A DNA stretch of 63,539 nt, counting the filler, from Rhabdomonas costata (Eukaryota), in NCBI GenBank assembly GCA_019059605.1. It is 29 parts of 29 records of this genome, joined end to end, with 100 filler letters (N's around TTAATTAATTAA, not from the genome) between each part and the next. Parts side by side here need not be neighbours in the genome. Positions count along the whole stretch, not along the records: positions 1 to 2,094 come from JAHMHO010005686.1; positions 2,195 to 4,289 come from JAHMHO010005687.1; positions 4,390 to 6,485 come from JAHMHO010005688.1; positions 6,586 to 8,681 come from JAHMHO010005689.1; positions 8,782 to 10,877 come from JAHMHO010005690.1; positions 10,978 to 13,073 come from JAHMHO010005691.1; 23 more parts are not named here. One strand, 5' to 3'. The notes under the pieces were generated by a model. It did not search any database and was not told where the DNA came from. It saw nothing but the letters and a program-made list of their open reading frames with translations. Each line of letters opens with the position of its first letter. Position 1 is the first letter of the stretch. This document shows positions 1-12,133 of the stretch, in pieces. The position numbers and the translations under genes are program-made.

Positions 1-1596
1 GGGTGGGGGGATGAAAACGCAGGCCTAGTGAAAACTATGACAGTGGACTACCAGAGCATTGCGACTTCGGTGAGGCCTGCGGTGGAGGCTCTCTCGGGAC
101 GAGCCTTCTCGCAGTTCACCGTGTTGTACGGCGGCTGTAAGATAGCGATTGGGCCCCACATCACCCTGCAGGTTCTGCTCTCCCTTCTTCAGACGGACAG
201 AATGTGATGGGTGGCCGACATGGTCACCTGCAGCGCTTTCTTTGAAAACGCTCTGAGCTCGGGATGAACTCACCTTGCTATCAGCCTGATGTTCTGAGTT
301 TGGGTGTAACGTGCTAAACATTCCCGAAGTGGCGTGTCACTCGATCAGGGATGCACTTGATACCATTCTGTGTGACGAGTCCAAACTAGCTGTTGTCGTC
401 TGGATTTTTCCTTCAGGTGCAAGTGTCCGCGACGGAGTTCGTGATTGTCAGTGTGTACAAGGACAGAAAGGGGACGCTGACGGTGTCCGGGGTCACTCCC
501 CCATACTCAAAATATGTGCAAATGCGCTGATGTAGCCCATTTGTAGTTGCGTATCTGCTTCAGCTGATGGCCGGGAGAAGGGTGAGCGTCAAACAGCTCT
601 TGCGTTAAGTTGCGTCAAACTGCTCTTGCTCGGAGCGGAATTTGAGGTATTTCAATGCACCCCTGCAGCGGGAAATGTGTGTTTCTGACTTTTGGTTTCG
701 GTTCGTCTGAGTACGGGAATTTCATCGGGCAGTAATCTGTTTGTTTGGTTTCCTATTCCCAGCTCACCTTTTTCAGCTTCTCTGAAGACCGGCTGAGTTT
801 TCTTTTGATTTCCTCTGTTCCTCTGTTCCTCATTGGGCTCCCTTGGGTGCACATTTGGAAATCTTACTCCGTGCGCTTACTTTTTTCCTTGCAGCTATTT
901 CTGTGTCCCTCTTTTGCGACTGTTATAAATGACCCTTGGCTTTCTTTTTCGCCGGTCCGCATGGCTGTTAACCAGGAAGATCGTAAAGGTGTTGTCAATA
1001 TTCCCCCTTTTTAGAAGAAGCTGAGTGGCCGACGGTGGACAACTAATTGAGATTTATTTCTGCTATGTTGGAACACTGACTGTGTGGAGTGGAGCAGATG
1101 AGGGAATTCAGTGAGAGCTGAGAGCCGCCAGCTTTGAAGATTTTGAAGATGAGCATCCATGCAATTTTTTTCACAGGTCCAAGATCAACGTGACCCTCCC
1201 GACGTCGTTTTTAAGGTCTGTGCTTACTGGGCTGGGGGCAGCAGAAACTATGCACTGGGCTTGTTTTTGGCACTGTGGCTATGTTTGGTTTATGATTGTG
1301 TAGTTACAGTTGTGTGGTCTACGGCGCAGGCGGGTAGGAAGGATGGCGTGAGAAAGGATGGTATTCCCATCCCATTGTTAGCGAATTACTTATTCGTTTC
1401 CCCGTGAAGGTCAATGCTAAAGATGAAACCCCAAGCAATCGAAGCAGTCGTGCCGATGCGCTTTTTCTCTGTTTTCCAGTAAGCGTATTTTCTCAGAGTG
1501 ATTCTGCGTAACAGAGGTAGTGTCGCCTGATTTGTTTATTGGATTCCCCCCGAAGCGTCACCCATACCATCCCTTCACAAGACCAGCCTTTCTTCA

Positions 1597-1732
1597 GAGT
1601 CGCCTGCGCTCACAGAAGAAAGTTGCTGGCATGCTCCGAGGCACCCGCCTTCCTGTTCGGGCGGTGATCAACTACGCCACCCTCGCAAAGGATAACGTTG
1701 CAATGCAGAAGGGGCTGCTGCGCGCGTTGGAA
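1597..1732 (+). CDS. Probable internal exon, unknown protein (SRLRSQKKVAGMLRGTRLPVRAVINYATLAKDNVAMQKGLLRALE)
   Basis: GC-rich open frame ending at a GTGCGT donor. Other short AG..GT exon candidates lie at ~1177-1215 and ~1410-1478. No recognisable domain; boundaries are approximate. Confidence 0.35.
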
Positions 1733-2094
1733 GTGCGTCTGCAGCACCTCCCCCCCTTTTTTCTATGCCTTGCGTTTCTCTTTTCCTTTTAACTTCTTTG
1801 GAACTCGTATTCCACATTTCATTTTTCAAGAGTTTACAATTGCACAATCAACGGTCACGCTCACGTTAAGGCAATGGAAAGCGATACTGGAGAACAAGAG
1901 AACAGGGCTAAGGATGATTGAAGGAAGAGCGGAGGACAGAGAACCTCAATGAGCGGCCGTGTAACGAATGGATTGTCGCCGCTTCGAGGGTAGAGGAAAG
2001 CTGAGATTGACAAGGACTCGTAGTAGTGCTCAGTCAAAAAAATCATTATTTTTGGGGCAACGTCAGTCACAACACGGGGTCTTACAAACCAACC

Positions 2095-2194
2095 NNNNNN
2101 NNNNNNNNNNNNNNNNNNNNNNNNNNNNNNNNNNNNNNTTAATTAATTAANNNNNNNNNNNNNNNNNNNNNNNNNNNNNNNNNNNNNNNNNNNN
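2095..2194. other. Artificial contig linker (first of 28), N-run + TTAATTAATTAA + N-run
   Basis: The same 100-bp spacer recurs about every 2.2 kb (e.g. 4290-4389, 6486-6585, ... 61347-61446). TTAATTAATTAA is a stop in all six frames. Contigs are all ~2.09-2.10 kb, consistent with a size-sorted draft assembly. Confidence 0.98.
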
Positions 2195-2472
2195 GTGTTG
2201 TTTTACTTCGGGTGAAGATCCTGGCTACCTTTACCTTCTGTCCTCGCGTCTCTTTTTGTTGATGTTGTGCGTCATTTCCACCTCGTTCCCGCACCGCTCT
2301 CTTCGGTTTTTGTTTTGGGGGTATATTTTCGGGTACATTGGTGGGCTTCGTTTGGTTGCTTGGTAATTTTCACTGTAGGGTTCAATGCTGTCTCAACCCG
2401 ATGCTAGTCTGTCACACGGGCGCAAGGATTGTCCCGGCTGCTTCGCTCCTCTCCGCTTTCCTTTTCGTACAG

Positions 2473-3574
2473 TACACATACAAGAAAATTAGGATAATGC
2501 CGCAGAGTCCATCGGGTTTCGGGCGACAGGTACCATTAGTGGAGGTACCATTATGTGTTTCGTTCGCAGTTTACCCAACCACTTCCACTTTGGTATTTCT
2601 TTCCCACTCAGCCGCGGCCGTACGGGCGTTTCTATCAGTGCATCTGCATCACCGACTGTTCTTTTTTCCCCAAGGTTTATGAAGTTCTGCGACCCTCGGA
2701 TGAGGGTCGCCTGGACACCCTGAATGAATTCCTACAAGCCGTCAAGGTTTCGTGCCGATCTGGGCGCTCTGCATTGTTGTCATTTCCCCCCTTTTAATCG
2801 CATTGTTTTTTAATTTTCCCGCAGAGGCGCCACAGTAGTCTCTAGAGGTTGGACGTGACAAAGAGGGCCCAATAGTTCCGAAACTGGCGCAGTCATGACT
2901 GGCCCCCGAGTTCAGTTGGAAGGTTACTGAGGAATGCTGAGCGATGGACGCGTGAAGGGGCCGGCACTGAATCTGAATATGGTGAGGCAACTGCAGTTAG
3001 GAAGCGGGGTGGGACATCTGACAAACTGGCAAAAGAGTTAATCGGGACTGTGTGGTTGACAATCATATGCGTTTGGTTTTTGCATCGGTCGTGTCTGTGT
3101 CCTCAATTCTGTAATGTATGGGTTTAAGACTCCTTCGTGCGGGCATCCCCTCTGCTTTCTCGCTCTTCGTGCCAGCATGCCCTCCTCTCATTCACCCACC
3201 CGCCACCCAGATCCCTTATCGGGGTGTCGCGGAGCCATTCCGACAGCCCCATCGCCTGACGGCTGTCTTGCACTTCCGTTCCCATTTCCATTTCACCTGA
3301 GTGGAAATTCTGGCCGTGTTTGGAGCAGATTGTTTCCTAATCTCCACACAACCACAAAACGTTGACCTGCGGGTTTCTCCTGCGCATCCCCTCGCGCACC
3401 CTGTCCTTCGCTTCAACGCGCTGCACTGGATTCCCTCAGCTGCACCAGGAGGGCAACTTCAGTTCAGCGGCGGACTTGTACCGCTCCGTGCTGCAGGCAG
3501 ACCCCTCCGACGCCGTGGCGAGGATTCGCTTGCAGCTCGCGGAGCGGCGGGAATGGGTGGATGTAATTTCATGA
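2473..3574 (+). CDS. 3' exons (2473-2529, 2675-2746, 3440-3574) of a probable class III adenylate/guanylate cyclase, C-terminal TPR-like tail
   Basis: Three phase-0 AG/GT-bounded exons splice to YTYKKIRIMPQSPSGFGRQ-VYEVLRPSDEGRLDTLNEFLQAVK-LHQEGNFSSAADLYRSVLQADPSDAVARIRLQLAERREWVDVIS*. This resembles the 'VYE...F..A..L...G.F..A...Y...L..DP.D.VA' tail that follows many class III cyclase domains. Confidence 0.55.
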
Positions 3575-5141
3575 GTATAATGAAGAACTGTGGGGGCTGT
3601 GTCCCACGGTGTTTCTTTGTAGTGTATTGGAGGTGTAGTGAAGACCCCTTCCGGCCCTTCACGTTTAGACTTGCACTCCATAACTCTGCAGGGTCCCGTC
3701 ACTTCACCCGTGAAGGACATTGCCTCTTGCTCCCTCTGCCTGCCTCTAACGTGGTCATGTCAGAGCTGATGTGAGGGTTTTTTGCAGCTGTACAATCATT
3801 GGCATTGTGCATACCGCGTCTGCCGCGCGTTTATTCAAGCTGAGGTGATATCCGGGCACATTTTTTTCTGCTTCTCGCATGCTTCGTGCGACAGGTATGT
3901 CTTCTTTCTCTGGCTTCTTGTCTTCTTCATGATTTTTTGAATTGTGGTGTCGTTGGAGCGCTAAAGAAGTGCACAATGACGATCAATGCATTTAATGTGT
4001 GCTGCGGTGGTTCGATTTTGGAGTGTGAGCAAGATTCCCCCGTGGCATGAGAAGAATTCACAAAAGCATAATGATTGGCCTCCCCGAACATCTTGCTCGC
4101 CAAAAAGGTTGCTCTAGTTTACACACCAAGTTGTTATTCGAAATGCGAGTTTACCCGAAAATTCTAAAGTTAAAGTAAGTGTAAAACAAATGCGGGAAAT
4201 ATGGACCTCAGAAACGTGAATTTCTGACCTGCAACGGTGAAATCATTGCAGGACTCAACTAGCTTTTCCTTTCAATCCTACAACCAAAANNNNNNNNNNN
4301 NNNNNNNNNNNNNNNNNNNNNNNNNNNNNNNNNTTAATTAATTAANNNNNNNNNNNNNNNNNNNNNNNNNNNNNNNNNNNNNNNNNNNNGTGGTGTTTTC
4401 TTTCGCATCCTCTTTTGTTTTGTACACTTTTTGATTTTCCGCTGACACTCTCTCTTCGTGGTCTTATAGGCCTCCTCCGAGCCCGCCACAGGCAGCGGAC
4501 TGGGAGGAGGCCTATAAGACCACGAAGAGAGAGTGTCAGCGGAAAATCAAAAAGTGTACAAAACAAAAGAGGATGCGAAAGACAACACCCCGGCCCACAC
4601 AAAAATGGAGGTAATATTGAAATGAAGAATCAATGGTGAGCTCGAGCGGGGTGACGACAGATCCGTGCCACAAGGGAGGACAGGGAGAACAAGCTGCTCA
4701 TTGTGCACTGCCATACCGTCGTTGTTAAACCACACCGGCGGCCACACGGGCACAAAAGAATTCACCTGCCTGAACGAAGGCTTCAGTCCGCGTTTGGCCC
4801 ATTGATATCATCAATTCTGACAACACTGTCTTGCTGACCGCAGTGCCCTGTGTGTGTGAGTGATTACTTGGCAGCTTACCTCACCGCACTCCGGGGCGTA
4901 CAAAACTGGTATTTCGCCACTGCCAGCAGCGTTCAGTCAAACTTTTGCCATTCCTGTGACAGTCCCTCAGAAAAGCCTCCATCAGCCCAAGGGAAAAAGT
5001 AAATCTACCCAGACACCACGTTTTTCCAATTAAAAGTCGTGTTTCATGGGAAAGACCCCAAAACGTGAAACAGTATAAAGTATTAGTTGCAGTGAAAGCA
5101 GAGTTTCGGACTGAGCCGTACAGCAGGTATATGGAACACGC

Positions 5142-5803
5142 CTCACTGCGCTCTGCGGCGTACATCACTGGTGTCTTCTTCTCCATGTCCACGGCGTTCA
5201 CGTTAGCCTTGCACTGGATCAGCTTTAGAGCGACATCGGGTTGGTTGTTCAGAATAGCATGGGTCAGCGGTGGCCTGCCCTCGTTGTCCACGATGTCGGG
5301 GTTGGCCTTCAGCTCCAGGAGCTTCACTGTGACCTCAGGCATCCCCTTCTCAATGGCGCAGATCACAGGAGTCTTGCCATCCACACCGTCGCAGGTGTCC
5401 AGGTCGACGGGCTCGCCCAGCAGCTTCTCTACTTCCCTCACAGCGCCCTTCTTGATGTGTCCCAAAAGGGCCACCCCGTTGTTCTCCTGCAGCTTCGCCG
5501 TCTCCGTCAGCGCGACCTCCTCCCTGACTTCGGCAAGCTCGTAGACCTAGAGCCCCGACAACACAACCTACCTAATCGTGGTTACTCTTTGAGCAAAGTC
5601 CCGGGCAACTTTTAGTGTGAGAGGAAAGTGGGAGCCATGAAACGGAAATAACATACCCTCCAACCTCACACAGAAAAAATCCCCTCGCACCACACCTCGA
5701 CGTGGTCCAAGCAATACCCCAGCTCCTGCTCAAAGAACTTTTTCGTCGCCGGGCCGAGCCTGCGGTTGACCTTAAAATATGTGTTCATCTCGTAGAGAAC
5801 TTC
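5142..5803 (-). CDS. Ankyrin-repeat protein, exons 5803-5702 and 5546-~5142
   Basis: Ankyrin motifs DGKTPVICAIEKG, EGRPPLTHAILNN and EKKTPVMYAAE. The two exons join in phase 0 (…GYCLDH|VYELAE…). The 3' donor is either GT at 5146 or GC at 5141. Confidence 0.85.
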
Positions 5804-6644
5804 CTGCATACAGGAACAAGGGGAGCGCGTGGGAGAGTGGGGTGCACGGCTGCCGTGTGTCAGCAGGAAAGTTCCAACAAAACAACCTTGATTTTCGATA
5901 ATTTGTCGATCGAATCATTCAGTTCCGTAAGCGCAACGGCAGCACAGGGTACAAGGTACGGTTGGCACTATCAAGTTGCGAATCGCAGTGCGCCTTGATT
6001 TGCTCCAAGTTTAGCAGTTTGCATTCCTCACTACGCACAAACGGCAAGAAAATCCCAGTTCCCCTTCACAGGAACACAGGAAGAGGAGAGGTTGCCAGTT
6101 TGGCACCCCTCTGCAGGTCGCAAAGAACGCCGACCGCTCGAGGGATGTGAACTCCAACCAATATCACATCAGATGAAAACTTTGCAGTGGCACCTTCTGC
6201 GCCAAAACGATGGGCTGCGGGACTTCTGCACCCTGTTGCCCGGCCTATGCCCCTCGCGGCGACCCAAGCACGAGGAGAATTCCGCCATTGCTCTGCTGAA
6301 ACAGGTTCCGTGCACACCCACCGCCTGAGCATTCCCATCTATCGAAGATGAGGGAGACGTGCGGAGGCGTTTGTATGTATCTAAGGTAGTGAGGGATACT
6401 CGTTCTTTGGGCAGGGCGGACAGCGGAGCGATCTCGTGGCCTCGACTCTGACCCTCGGGCAAAGGAATGAGTATCCCCAACCACCNNNNNNNNNNNNNNN
6501 NNNNNNNNNNNNNNNNNNNNNNNNNNNNNTTAATTAATTAANNNNNNNNNNNNNNNNNNNNNNNNNNNNNNNNNNNNNNNNNNNNGTTTTGGGTGCAACT
6601 CATTTCACCTTTCAGCTCAGTACAGTTCTTCAACAGTTGGCAAA

Positions 6645-7823
6645 ATGAGTTGCACCCAAGGCACGGCTGCACCCGCGGGTGCTCGTCCAGAGAATGCACC
6701 GGCCGGAAAGCAGCTTAAGTGCCTGCAGCCCTTCAAGGGTGCAGGCGGGCTGGTGTACCAGAACCGCCTAGGCCTAGCGCCGCTAACCCGAGGTCGCGCC
6801 CACCCGGACACCGGGTGTGTGCGGGACATTCACGTGACATACTACTCGGAGCGGGCCACAGGGGGATTCATCATCAGCGAGGGGACTGGGATCAGCCGGC
6901 AAGGCCTGGGATGGCACTGCGCGCCCGGCATCTACACCAAGGAGCAGGTCGAGAGCTGGAAGCCAGTCACCCAGGCTGTGCACAAGGTGAAGGGGCTGAT
7001 CTTCTGCCAGCTGTGGCACATGGGCCGTGCTGGGCACTCCGACGTGTTTGGGTCGCAGCCCGTGGCCCCTTCCGCGATCGGCTTGAGCGGGGAGTGCACC
7101 GCGAAGAACGGCGAGAAGAAGCCCTATGAGGTCCCCCATGCCCTGACCGTGGAAGAGATCAAGCAGACCGTCCAGGACTATGCCACCTCAGCGAAAAATG
7201 CGCTAGCTGCGGGGTTTGACGGGGTTCAGGTGCACTCGGCAAATGGCTATCTTCCGGACCAGTTCCTCCAGAGCTGCTCGAACAAGCGCGAGGATGCGTA
7301 CGGGGGCTCCATCGAGAACCGCTTGCGCTTCCTGAAGGAAGTCCTGGAGGCGGTGTGCGCGGCGGTCGGCAAGGAGCGAGTCTGGGTGCGATTTTCACCG
7401 AACGGGGACTTCAACGGGATGGGGTGCGAGGACAACCTGGAAACCTTTGACGCAGCCATCCGCCTGGCGGCCACGATGAAGGTCGGGTGCGTGGAGGTTT
7501 TGGACGGTCTGGCCTTCGGTTTTCACAAGAAGACGGAGCCATACACCATTGAGCGGGTGCGGAAGGTGGTGAAGGAGGGCAACCCGGAAGGAACGACGGC
7601 GGTGTGCGGCAACTGCGGTTACACCCTGGAGACGGCGGAGAAGGCGATCGCGGATGGTCTGGCTGACCTGATCTCCTTCGGGCGCCCGTACATGTCCAAC
7701 CCGGACCTGCCCGAGCGCTTCCGAGACGGTGTTGAACTCGCACCTGTTCCGGAGTATCCCGACTGGTGGAACAAGCGGGACGGCGACGGGTACATCACAT
7801 TCCCGAAGGCGAAGAAGCCGTAG
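6645..7823 (+). CDS. Old yellow enzyme / NADH:flavin oxidoreductase (OPR/NemA-like alkene reductase), complete and intronless
   Basis: 392-aa ORF from ATG to TAG with the classical OYE motifs NRLGLAPLTRGRA, YYSERA..GFIISEG, QLWHMGR, GFDGVQVHSANGYL.DQF, YGGSIENRLRF, DLISFGR.YMSNPDLPER and GYITFP. Confidence 0.96.
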   Translation: MSCTQGTAAPAGARPENAPAGKQLKCLQPFKGAGGLVYQNRLGLAPLTRGRAHPDTGCVRDIHVTYYSERATGGFIISEGTGISRQGLGWHCAPGIYTKEQVESWKPVTQAVHKVKGLIFCQLWHMGRAGHSDVFGSQPVAPSAIGLSGECTAKNGEKKPYEVPHALTVEEIKQTVQDYATSAKNALAAGFDGVQVHSANGYLPDQFLQSCSNKREDAYGGSIENRLRFLKEVLEAVCAAVGKERVWVRFSPNGDFNGMGCEDNLETFDAAIRLAATMKVGCVEVLDGLAFGFHKKTEPYTIERVRKVVKEGNPEGTTAVCGNCGYTLETAEKAIADGLADLISFGRPYMSNPDLPERFRDGVELAPVPEYPDWWNKRDGDGYITFPKAKKP

Positions 7824-9350
7824 GGCGAGACCTAATGAAGTGAAGGATTGGGGAGTTTTTTTGTGTTTCTCGGGCGACTGTTTACTGGTCGCCGCAGCTT
7901 TTTCTTCTGTTAGGTAGCCCTGTGTGTAGTATCATGGACTGTTGCAGCATCCCGGTCAATGATTTCCGGATGGCTCTATTTGTGTGTCTCATTTTGGTTG
8001 TTTTGGGACCGCGTTTTTGAACTGAAGGAAGGTTTCTGGCTGTGTCGCTTGCCTTCACGCTGCGTTCACACGTTGTTGGACGCCTGTGTGTGTGGCTTCT
8101 TTTTCCTTTTGGAAGTGTAGCTGGATGTCCGGTTGCCTTCACGCCGTGCCGTACACCGTCGGCGCCTCGGCCGCACTGCAGGGTAGGGAGGAGACCTGCG
8201 CGATTTGCCTGGTACGCTGGGCAGCCATGGGGTTGTCTGCGGTTACCGCTAAGCTACCTGCGAATTTTTGAATGCGCTCCGGTTAGCGGGCTGGCTTGAT
8301 GCGGTGCCCGTGGTAACTCCAATGGGGTAGGCGATCGCGACCAAGGGTGGTTGTGAGGTGCTTTCTCAACTTTTTCACTTGCCTTGCCTCTACCTTCCAT
8401 CACTTTTTGCTGGACGAGAACGTTTTTAAGCAGATGGTCCTGCCTTAGCAAGGCGGAATTTCAGTCGTTATAGTTAAACCCAACACCCCCGTCCCGATTC
8501 CATTGATGTTTTCACTGCCCATCCTGTTCCCTTCTGCGTGTCGTTAGTTCGGTTGGGGTTCCGGACCCCAAGCATTTGGTCAGGAAGCAACCGCTGAAGC
8601 ACAGTTTGGTCAGGTGCTTCCCTTCCGTGTCAATCTGAATTTCGCGGTGGTATGTCTCTTTTTTCGGGGGCCAAACAGCTANNNNNNNNNNNNNNNNNNN
8701 NNNNNNNNNNNNNNNNNNNNNNNNNTTAATTAATTAANNNNNNNNNNNNNNNNNNNNNNNNNNNNNNNNNNNNNNNNNNNNGGTAGGGGGTGGATTAGAG
8801 CAAAAGAGAATGTGTGCTTTTTGTGTGCGGTATTTCTTGGCCAATTTCGGAAGTGTTGGCTTCTCGCTCTCTGGAAGTTTGTTACTTGTAAATTTTGACA
8901 TCGGGGATTTAACTTCAACATCGCGCAGGCGGCCTCGATCATTCATTAAGCTTGCATCGTAATTTAGAATTGGGTCCGTTTGCTGGGGTTGAATGTGAAG
9001 CCAGAGAGCATTCTGTGGTTACCACAGAAAATATGTCCGTCCTTTTCTTCAGTTCAAGTTCTTCAGTTCACAAAATGCTGAGCATTTTTTGGAACGCTTT
9101 TCATTTGTCCGCTTTTGATGGGTCGCATTAGGCATTGTTTTTGCCAAGGGCCAAAATCATATCCATCCTGGAGAATCGAGGACAGTAATCGACCTCGAAG
9201 CAATAATATTAGTGTAGTTCCTCTTGGCATTTGGTTCGCACATTCCCTGTGCTTATTTTTTTTTAAATATTGCTAGTGCTTTGTCTTGATCTCAAGTTTT
9301 GCGGCAAAACAGTTCCCCTTCCCCCACCACACGAGTAGTGCCCTTCTGGA

Positions 9351-9638
9351 ATGGACCTCCAGGAGATCCTCTCGACAAAACTCCCGGAGGAGGGAGTAAC
9401 CCGAAAGCAGCTGGAGTTCATGAACGAGTTCGGGGCAGCCTACCACATCAGGCATGCCCCGAAGAAGAGGGATTTCGACCCTCGCAAGGTCGCCGCCGTT
9501 GTGATCCACGCCCTGCTGGTGACGCGACGCCATGTCGACCTGTTTCTGCTCCGGCTCCGGAGGTTTCTGCATCGGGTGAAAGTGCTGCAGAGGTGGTTCC
9601 GGCAGTGCCTTCAGAGGCGGGAGCTATCCTTAACGAAG
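9351..9638 (+). CDS. Exon of unknown protein with an IQ-like motif
   Basis: GC3-rich frame ending at AAG|GTTGAT; contains VKVLQRWFRQCLQRR (IQ-like). Confidence 0.5.
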
Positions 9639-10390
9639 GTTGATTCTTTTGCCGACTTTTTTGTTGGCTTTTCCTCATTGCGCAATGATTGAGGCTGCGG
9701 CCAACCTCACAAGACGTTATTACGCTGGCCGTTTGCATACATGCTTCCTCGTTGTGAGGGAGTCCTGATGCAGCACCCATCTATCCTCCTCGGCGGCCTC
9801 TGGACCTGCACCAATCGTCAGGGTCGCTCCGAAAATGAGGGGGGGGGGTATGGCCACTTTCTTCGGCTCAAATCTTTACCCGATTATCTAGGTGTCTTCC
9901 CGCTTGGGCTCCCTGGGACCTGCCCTGTGATGGGTATCATAACTTGAGCTGCACTGGCCGGTTGAGTTTACTGGCAGGTTCGCAGCCTCAGGCAGCATCC
10001 CACCCAGTCATGCATCTTGCAGGCTCCAATTTGGGGGTTTTTTAGGTCCTTTTTGACTTGGCCGCATTTTTTAGGGTGTGTGTGTGTGTGCCCTTTTTGC
10101 AACGTAGCAGGCCTGTGTACTGAGCCTAAGCTTTCCGCCGGGCCTGCATAGCATGCTTAAGGGAACCCATTCATGGTGGCGGGACCGGCGTGGACCGGAA
10201 TGGTTGTGCTTAGATCTGTTCCCACAGGCCTTTTGGGGCTACTTTCACTGTTGGTGGCCTGGTGATCGTGGGGTAATCACGTAAATTGGCACACCGCTAT
10301 CTCCCCAAGTTTGCCAACAGCTGATTTGTCTGTTGGTCTCGGTTTGTCACAGTCACAGGCTCTCTCTCTCCTTTCTTGGCGGGGGACAGC

Positions 10391-10603
10391 GTATTGCGTT
10401 TCTTCCTACCAATAACCGATTGGTCACGATGCCCAAACGATGCCCAAGACGATTTCCTCGATGCCCGGCACGATGCCCGTTATTTTTGACGATGCCCAGC
10501 ATTGCCTAAAGGGTTACAAATAACTAGACCTTATATTAATGCTAGGCATCGTCAAAATAAGGGCAACGTGGTGGGCATCGTACAAAATGCGTTGGGCATC
10601 GTG
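10391..10603. mobile_element. Dispersed palindromic repeat with CGATGCCC motifs (MITE-like), copy 1
   Basis: Closely similar to 15880-16080 on another contig. Five CGATGCCC motifs on the left and four inverted GGGCATCG-like motifs on the right. Confidence 0.75.
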
Positions 10604-11304
10604 TATAATGAGCTCGGTACCTTGCGAAAACAGGCCTCGCCCATCACACGAACGTGAAAAACCAACATTTACGCCACTGAAAGGCCTTCTGTCACGTTAA
10701 AACTTGCCCCTGAAACCTATAATACAGCGTATCTAAGCTGAAAAGCCGCAAAAAGCCTCAAAACCCAGCACCCAGGAAAAAAGTGCATTATTGCATCCAA
10801 AAATAACTACCCATACCTCAGTAGAGTGCTTTCTCTGGGGTCTAGAGCGTACATTTTGAAGTGTGTTACCACAAACANNNNNNNNNNNNNNNNNNNNNNN
10901 NNNNNNNNNNNNNNNNNNNNNTTAATTAATTAANNNNNNNNNNNNNNNNNNNNNNNNNNNNNNNNNNNNNNNNNNNNGCTGTGTTGCGAGGTTTTTTGTG
11001 GCATATGAGGGCACACAATGGACCATGTAATACGCTGAAAGTTGTGACAGCCCAGAAAGTCCGAAATGCGCCACATTCCAGTTTTTAAGCTCAAAAACAG
11101 ATCGATGTCAGATCGATGGACTGACCTCGGGAGTGGAGAGGTGCCTCCCTTCCTCGTCTCGAGATCAACAACATACGTCTGCGGAAATCTGCATTGTGCA
11201 TTCTGTTTGAGTTTGACTCTGTAAAGTGCCTAAAGTTCTTTTTTCTCACGCGAGCCTTGGCTCCCTGACAATTACCTCGACAACATCACCCTCAGCACTC
11301 CTAC

Positions 11305-12133
11305 CTTCTTGAGGTAGTCATCAAACTGGGACAAGGTGCACTCCGACGTCGCCACCATAGACACCGGGGAACCCGACCCAGCCTTTCGTATGGGTATCAC
11401 TGCTGGTAGGGAAAGAATATTGGCACCCCCGGGAAGCTGAGAGGAGTACACCGGCCCAAACGCCATCGAGTCCGAAGTCTGAACAGCCGCCACGTACCAC
11501 ATCTGCAGCACAAAAAAAGAGCAAAGCAGGGAAAACAAAATAGAAATGTGCAAGCAAACCCCAAAAAATTGTTCTAACCATTGTTCGTGCGATTCTAGAT
11601 AGGGGGGGGGGGCAGAAGAAGAGAGTCGTGACATCACAAGGTTAAAAACAACAACTGCACAGCGCAGCAACAGACGCACAAAATTGTCACTTCACCTCAG
11701 TTTTGAGGTGGCAGCGGCGAAATTCTAAGTAGATGATATCAAAAATCTTGCGGGAAAGACTTCTGCTGTATGTTGATGCAAAAAAAATACAATACTGCTC
11801 CCAAGAGCGAAACAATGAAGAGTGACACGACCCTGGGCACGACCCTTAAGGTGGCGTTGAAGCGATAGTTTCGAAAGGTCGCCTCGCTGTATCGGGACAG
11901 CCACGTGTTGTTGCTGATGAGCAACTCTCCCGCCGTGGACTGGGCAGGGAAGGCTGCGTAGCTCCAGTTGGTGAGGCCGATGCTCAGGCTGTAAAAGTAT
12001 CCCGCCCCAGCAGGGTCCGTGTCGATGCCCAGGTACTCCCCGTTGTCCAGGCCGTAGAACATACTGGTAGTCGTAGGATTGTTCACAATGATCGTAAACA
12101 TGGCCCTACGGATGCCCTCGGAAACGGGGCTAC
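11305..12133 (-). CDS. dCache-type extracellular sensor domain, exons 12133-11844 and 11502-11305
   Basis: Splicing the 11503-11843 GT-AG intron gives …YRFNATLR|MWYVAAV…, the dCache_1 'YDPRxRPWY..A'-like motif. Also SMFYGLDNGEYLG, FGPVY and TLSQFDDYLKK. Confidence 0.75.

Noticed and set aside
4392-4589. ~87-bp near-perfect inverted repeat with a ~24-nt loop
   Set aside because: One arm runs to the contig edge, typical of a fold-back chimera from amplification or library preparation.
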